Assembly: GCA_963630185.1 (NCBI GenBank) | Contig: CAVGMG010000001.1 | Span: forward strand, 1-45,184 | Direction of reading: 5' to 3' | Origin: Alistipes onderdonkii | Lineage (GTDB): Bacteria; Verrucomicrobiota; Kiritimatiellia; RFP12; UBA1067 | Length of the DNA stretch: 45,184 bases | Part shown: positions 42,725-45,184 of the stretch, piece after piece | Layout: every line of letters starts with the position of its first letter | Position numbering within the stretch: position 1 is the stretch's first letter | Translations under genes and position numbers: made by a program | Notes under the pieces: generated by a model | Seen by the model: only the letters and a program-made list of their open reading frames with translations | Database searches by the model: none | Told to the model about the DNA's origin: nothing

Positions 42725-43839
42725 GGTCGGACATCTGGAGCGTCCTGGAGCCGGTCGCGGTCGACCCGGCGCGGAAGTCCTGGAAGGACGTCCTTCGCAA
42801 CCTCGTCTTCCACGCGAACCTCGAAGGGTGCGCCTGGCCGAGCGTCGCGACCATCCGCGCCGAGACCGGCTACAAGAGCGCCAAGGCGGTCATCGATGCG
42901 CTCGCGGGGCTCTGTTCGCTCGGGCTCATCCTGCCGATGGAGGACGACGCTTCGCGGAAGTCCGGGCGCGGATGCGTCCGCCGCTGGCGTCTCGCGGCGG
43001 ACTTGTCAACACGTGTAGACAAGTTGGAAAAACAAGCGGACATATTAGAGCGCGACACGATAAAAAAGGGTGAAGTGACTTCTCTCTCGCCGAAAAGGGT
43101 GAACCTACTTCCAGAAAAGGGTGAAGTGACTTCCAAAAAGGGTGAAGTGACTTCACACAGAATATATAAAGAAATAAATAAAGTAAGTAAGTTAGTAAGT
43201 ATGACCCCAAAGGGTGAAGTGACTTCACGCCCTGTTGATAACTCCTCGGACGAGGCGCCGAAAGCCGTCCAAGCCTCGCTTGCTGAAGAACTGCTCGAAC
43301 CGCATAGGGACAAGCCTCGCAGGGTTGCGCCTTCGGCGCACAAAGAGGCGTCAGGTGTCTCGCGGGGACCGGCTCCGATGGACGTCGCGAAGATTTTTCC
43401 TGAAATCGGCTCGGAGCAGAGGCAGGTCGACTTCCTGGCCCTTTGCTCGGAGCTCGGCTGGAAGCCGAACGACCGCAAGACCGTGCCGAACAAGGCGGCT
43501 CTCGAACAGGCGCGACGCGCGGTCGTCGCGTGCGCGTATCGCGAGGGGCTCTCGACCGCCGAGGCCAAGAAGTTCATGCGCTGGAACGTCGGGCGCAAGT
43601 GGAGCGGCATCGACCGGGCGGGCTGCGTAAAGGACCTTGCGAAGCTCTGGCTCGAAAAATGGCAGAAGGAGGACTACGAGGCCTACTGCGACGAGCGCCG
43701 CCGGCGGTGCGAGCTGGCGCGGCGACGCGAAGAGCAGAAGCTCCGCGTGTGCGCCCCGTCCGAGGGAGGAGAGTCGAAAAACGGCCTTTTTCGTCAGCAG
43801 CCGTCAGAGAGTGAAAGCATGACACGAATCAGCCCATGA
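42721..43839 (+). CDS. Replication initiator (lambda O-like arrangement: winged-helix N-terminus, origin iterons inside the gene)
   Basis: CAWPSVATIRAETGYKSAKAVIDALAGLCSLGLILP is wHTH-like. The central KGEVTS peptide repeats are encoded by the iterons. Confidence 0.6.
   Translation: MRSDIWSVLEPVAVDPARKSWKDVLRNLVFHANLEGCAWPSVATIRAETGYKSAKAVIDALAGLCSLGLILPMEDDASRKSGRGCVRRWRLAADLSTRVDKLEKQADILERDTIKKGEVTSLSPKRVNLLPEKGEVTSKKGEVTSHRIYKEINKVSKLVSMTPKGEVTSRPVDNSSDEAPKAVQASLAEELLEPHRDKPRRVAPSAHKEASGVSRGPAPMDVAKIFPEIGSEQRQVDFLALCSELGWKPNDRKTVPNKAALEQARRAVVACAYREGLSTAEAKKFMRWNVGRKWSGIDRAGCVKDLAKLWLEKWQKEDYEAYCDERRRRCELARRREEQKLRVCAPSEGGESKNGLFRQQPSESESMTRISP
43066..43226 (+). repeat. Origin of replication candidate: 4 exact plus 1 degenerate copies of the 17-nt iteron aagggtgaagtgacttc, with an AT-rich block at 43157-43205
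   Basis: Exact copies at 43066, 43117, 43138 and 43210. Degenerate copy at 43095. The three copies at 43095, 43117 and 43138 are spaced 22 and 21 nt apart. The iteron contains the near-palindrome gaagt-g-acttc. Confidence 0.75.
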
Positions 43840-44336
43840 AACAGCCAAATCTGCAAGAGTATGCGTTCGCGATGAAGGTCGCCTACGGGACGCCGCAGCG
43901 AGACGCCTACATCGAGGTCTTCGGCGGCGCGCCGAAGACCCCCAAGGAAATCAACGCGATCGACGCGCGGGCGAGCCGGCTCGTCGGACGCGAGGACGTC
44001 GCGACGCTCATCGCGGACGAGCAGAGGCTCAAAGGCCAGCGGATATCGGCCGAGGAGCGGAAGATGGCCGAGGCGATCCGGCAGAACCTCGGCGAATCCG
44101 TCCTCAAGGCGCAGAAGGCCGGAGAGACCCTCAAGGCGACGACGCTCAAGGGCACGGAGCTCTACCTTAAGTCGACCGGGCAGTTCGCGCCGGAGGAGCA
44201 CATCCTCAAGAACGGCGGCGTCGTCCCCGGCGCGTTCGTCCCGAAGGGTGTCGAGGCCATGAGCGAGGACGACCTCAGGAAGATCGCCGGCATCGGGCGC
44301 GGCGAGACGATCGACGTCGAGGCGGCAGCCAGATGA
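43836..44336 (+). CDS. terS: Terminase small subunit
   Basis: 166 aa, immediately upstream of and overlapping terL (ATGA). LQEYAFAMKVAYGTPQRDAYIEVFGG...ARASRLVGREDVATLI resembles the HTH N-terminus of small terminases. Confidence 0.6.
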   Translation: MKQPNLQEYAFAMKVAYGTPQRDAYIEVFGGAPKTPKEINAIDARASRLVGREDVATLIADEQRLKGQRISAEERKMAEAIRQNLGESVLKAQKAGETLKATTLKGTELYLKSTGQFAPEEHILKNGGVVPGAFVPKGVEAMSEDDLRKIAGIGRGETIDVEAAAR

Positions 44337-45184
44337 TCACGCCCGAACAGGCTCGGGCGGAGCTTCTCCGCCGGAAAGCGCAGACCGACCTCCTCGCGTT
44401 CATGACCTACTGCTGGTGGATGCCGACGCCGCTTAAGGTCGGACGTCACACGCTCGCGACGTGCGCCCGGCTCACGAGAGCCGTCGACGACTACCTGCTC
44501 CACGGCAAGATGACGTATCTCCTCATCAACATGCCGTTTCGGCACGGCAAGAGCGACATGGTCTCGCGCGCACTGCCGGCCTACTTCCTCGGACGGTGCG
44601 CCGAGAAGGAGCCGAACGTGATCATGTCCGGCTACGGCGCGTCGCTCATCGAGGGCTTCTCCTCGAAGGTGCAGGAAATCGTGCGCTCGGAGGCCTACGG
44701 GAAAGTGTTTCCCAAGACGCGGATCGCCGGACGCGGGTCCGCGGCGGAGTGGCATCTCGCCGAGAGCCAGTCGACGGTCTACGCGATGGGCCTCGGCGGC
44801 GCGATCACCGGCAAGGGCGGCAACCTGATCGTGGTGGACGACTACTGCAAGAACCGCGAGGAGGCCGAGTCGAAGGCGATCCGCGACAAGATGTGGAACA
44901 GCTTCAAGGACGACCTCTCGACGCGCTTCAACTCCGGCGGCGGGCTCATGGTCGTCTGCGCGACGAGGTGGCACGGCGACGACATCAGCGGACGCATCCG
45001 CGAGCGCATGGCCGCCGACGAGGACTATCCGCGCTACGAGGAGCTCGTCTTCCCGGCGCGGAAGGAGGGCTCTTACGAGACGCTCTTCCCGGAGCTCTAC
45101 GACGCGAAGTGGTACCGGACGCAGCGGACGCAGCTCGGCCCGTATTCCGCCGCCGCGCTCCTCGACTGCAGCCCTGTCACGAAC
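44333..45184 (+). CDS. terL: Terminase large subunit, N-terminal (ATPase) part; runs off the window and continues at base 56 (the last 55 nt duplicate bases 1-55)
   Basis: ATG 44333. No stop through 45184, so it is absent from the ORF track. Walker A-like MPFRHGKSD, Walker B LIVVDDY, and CATRWHGDD. Confidence 0.85.
   Translation, partial: MITPEQARAELLRRKAQTDLLAFMTYCWWMPTPLKVGRHTLATCARLTRAVDDYLLHGKMTYLLINMPFRHGKSDMVSRALPAYFLGRCAEKEPNVIMSGYGASLIEGFSSKVQEIVRSEAYGKVFPKTRIAGRGSAAEWHLAESQSTVYAMGLGGAITGKGGNLIVVDDYCKNREEAESKAIRDKMWNSFKDDLSTRFNSGGGLMVVCATRWHGDDISGRIRERMAADEDYPRYEELVFPARKEGSYETLFPELYDAKWYRTQRTQLGPYSAAALLDCSPVTN
45130..45184. repeat. Second copy of the 55-bp terminal overlap
   Basis: Identical to bases 1-55. 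Confidence 0.9.

Overview
The window is a complete, circularly closed temperate phage genome. Bases 1-55 repeat at 45130-45184, giving a unique length of 45129 bp. It is high-GC, and every gene I can support lies on the + strand.

Gene order:
- terL, split by the window ends
- portal, scaffold and major capsid
- collagen-like fibre
- a diversity-generating retroelement (DGR): variable tail-fibre-like target with VR, a TR, and a reverse transcriptase
- small membrane and lipoprotein genes
- T7 gp11/gp12-like tail tube proteins
- three internal-virion-like proteins
- one 4453-codon gene (about 30% of the genome) that reads as a polyvalent, probably injected multi-effector protein. It carries two HEXXH motifs, a ParB-like module, an ART-like module, two PRTase modules and a zeta-toxin-like kinase.
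- an attP-like region carrying a mimic of a tRNA 3' end
- tyrosine integrase
- hairpin tandem repeats
- a GC-poor moron
- RHH regulators with a reiterated operator motif
- Lar-like, ACP-like (Ser->Tyr) and ParB-like proteins
- a replication initiator with an internal iteron origin
- terS

The long minus-strand and off-frame ORFs in the track are high-GC artefacts. I saw no rRNA, no complete tRNA and no CRISPR array. I recognised no DNA or RNA polymerase and no obvious endolysin.

All family assignments come from motif recognition by eye and from gene order, not from database searches.
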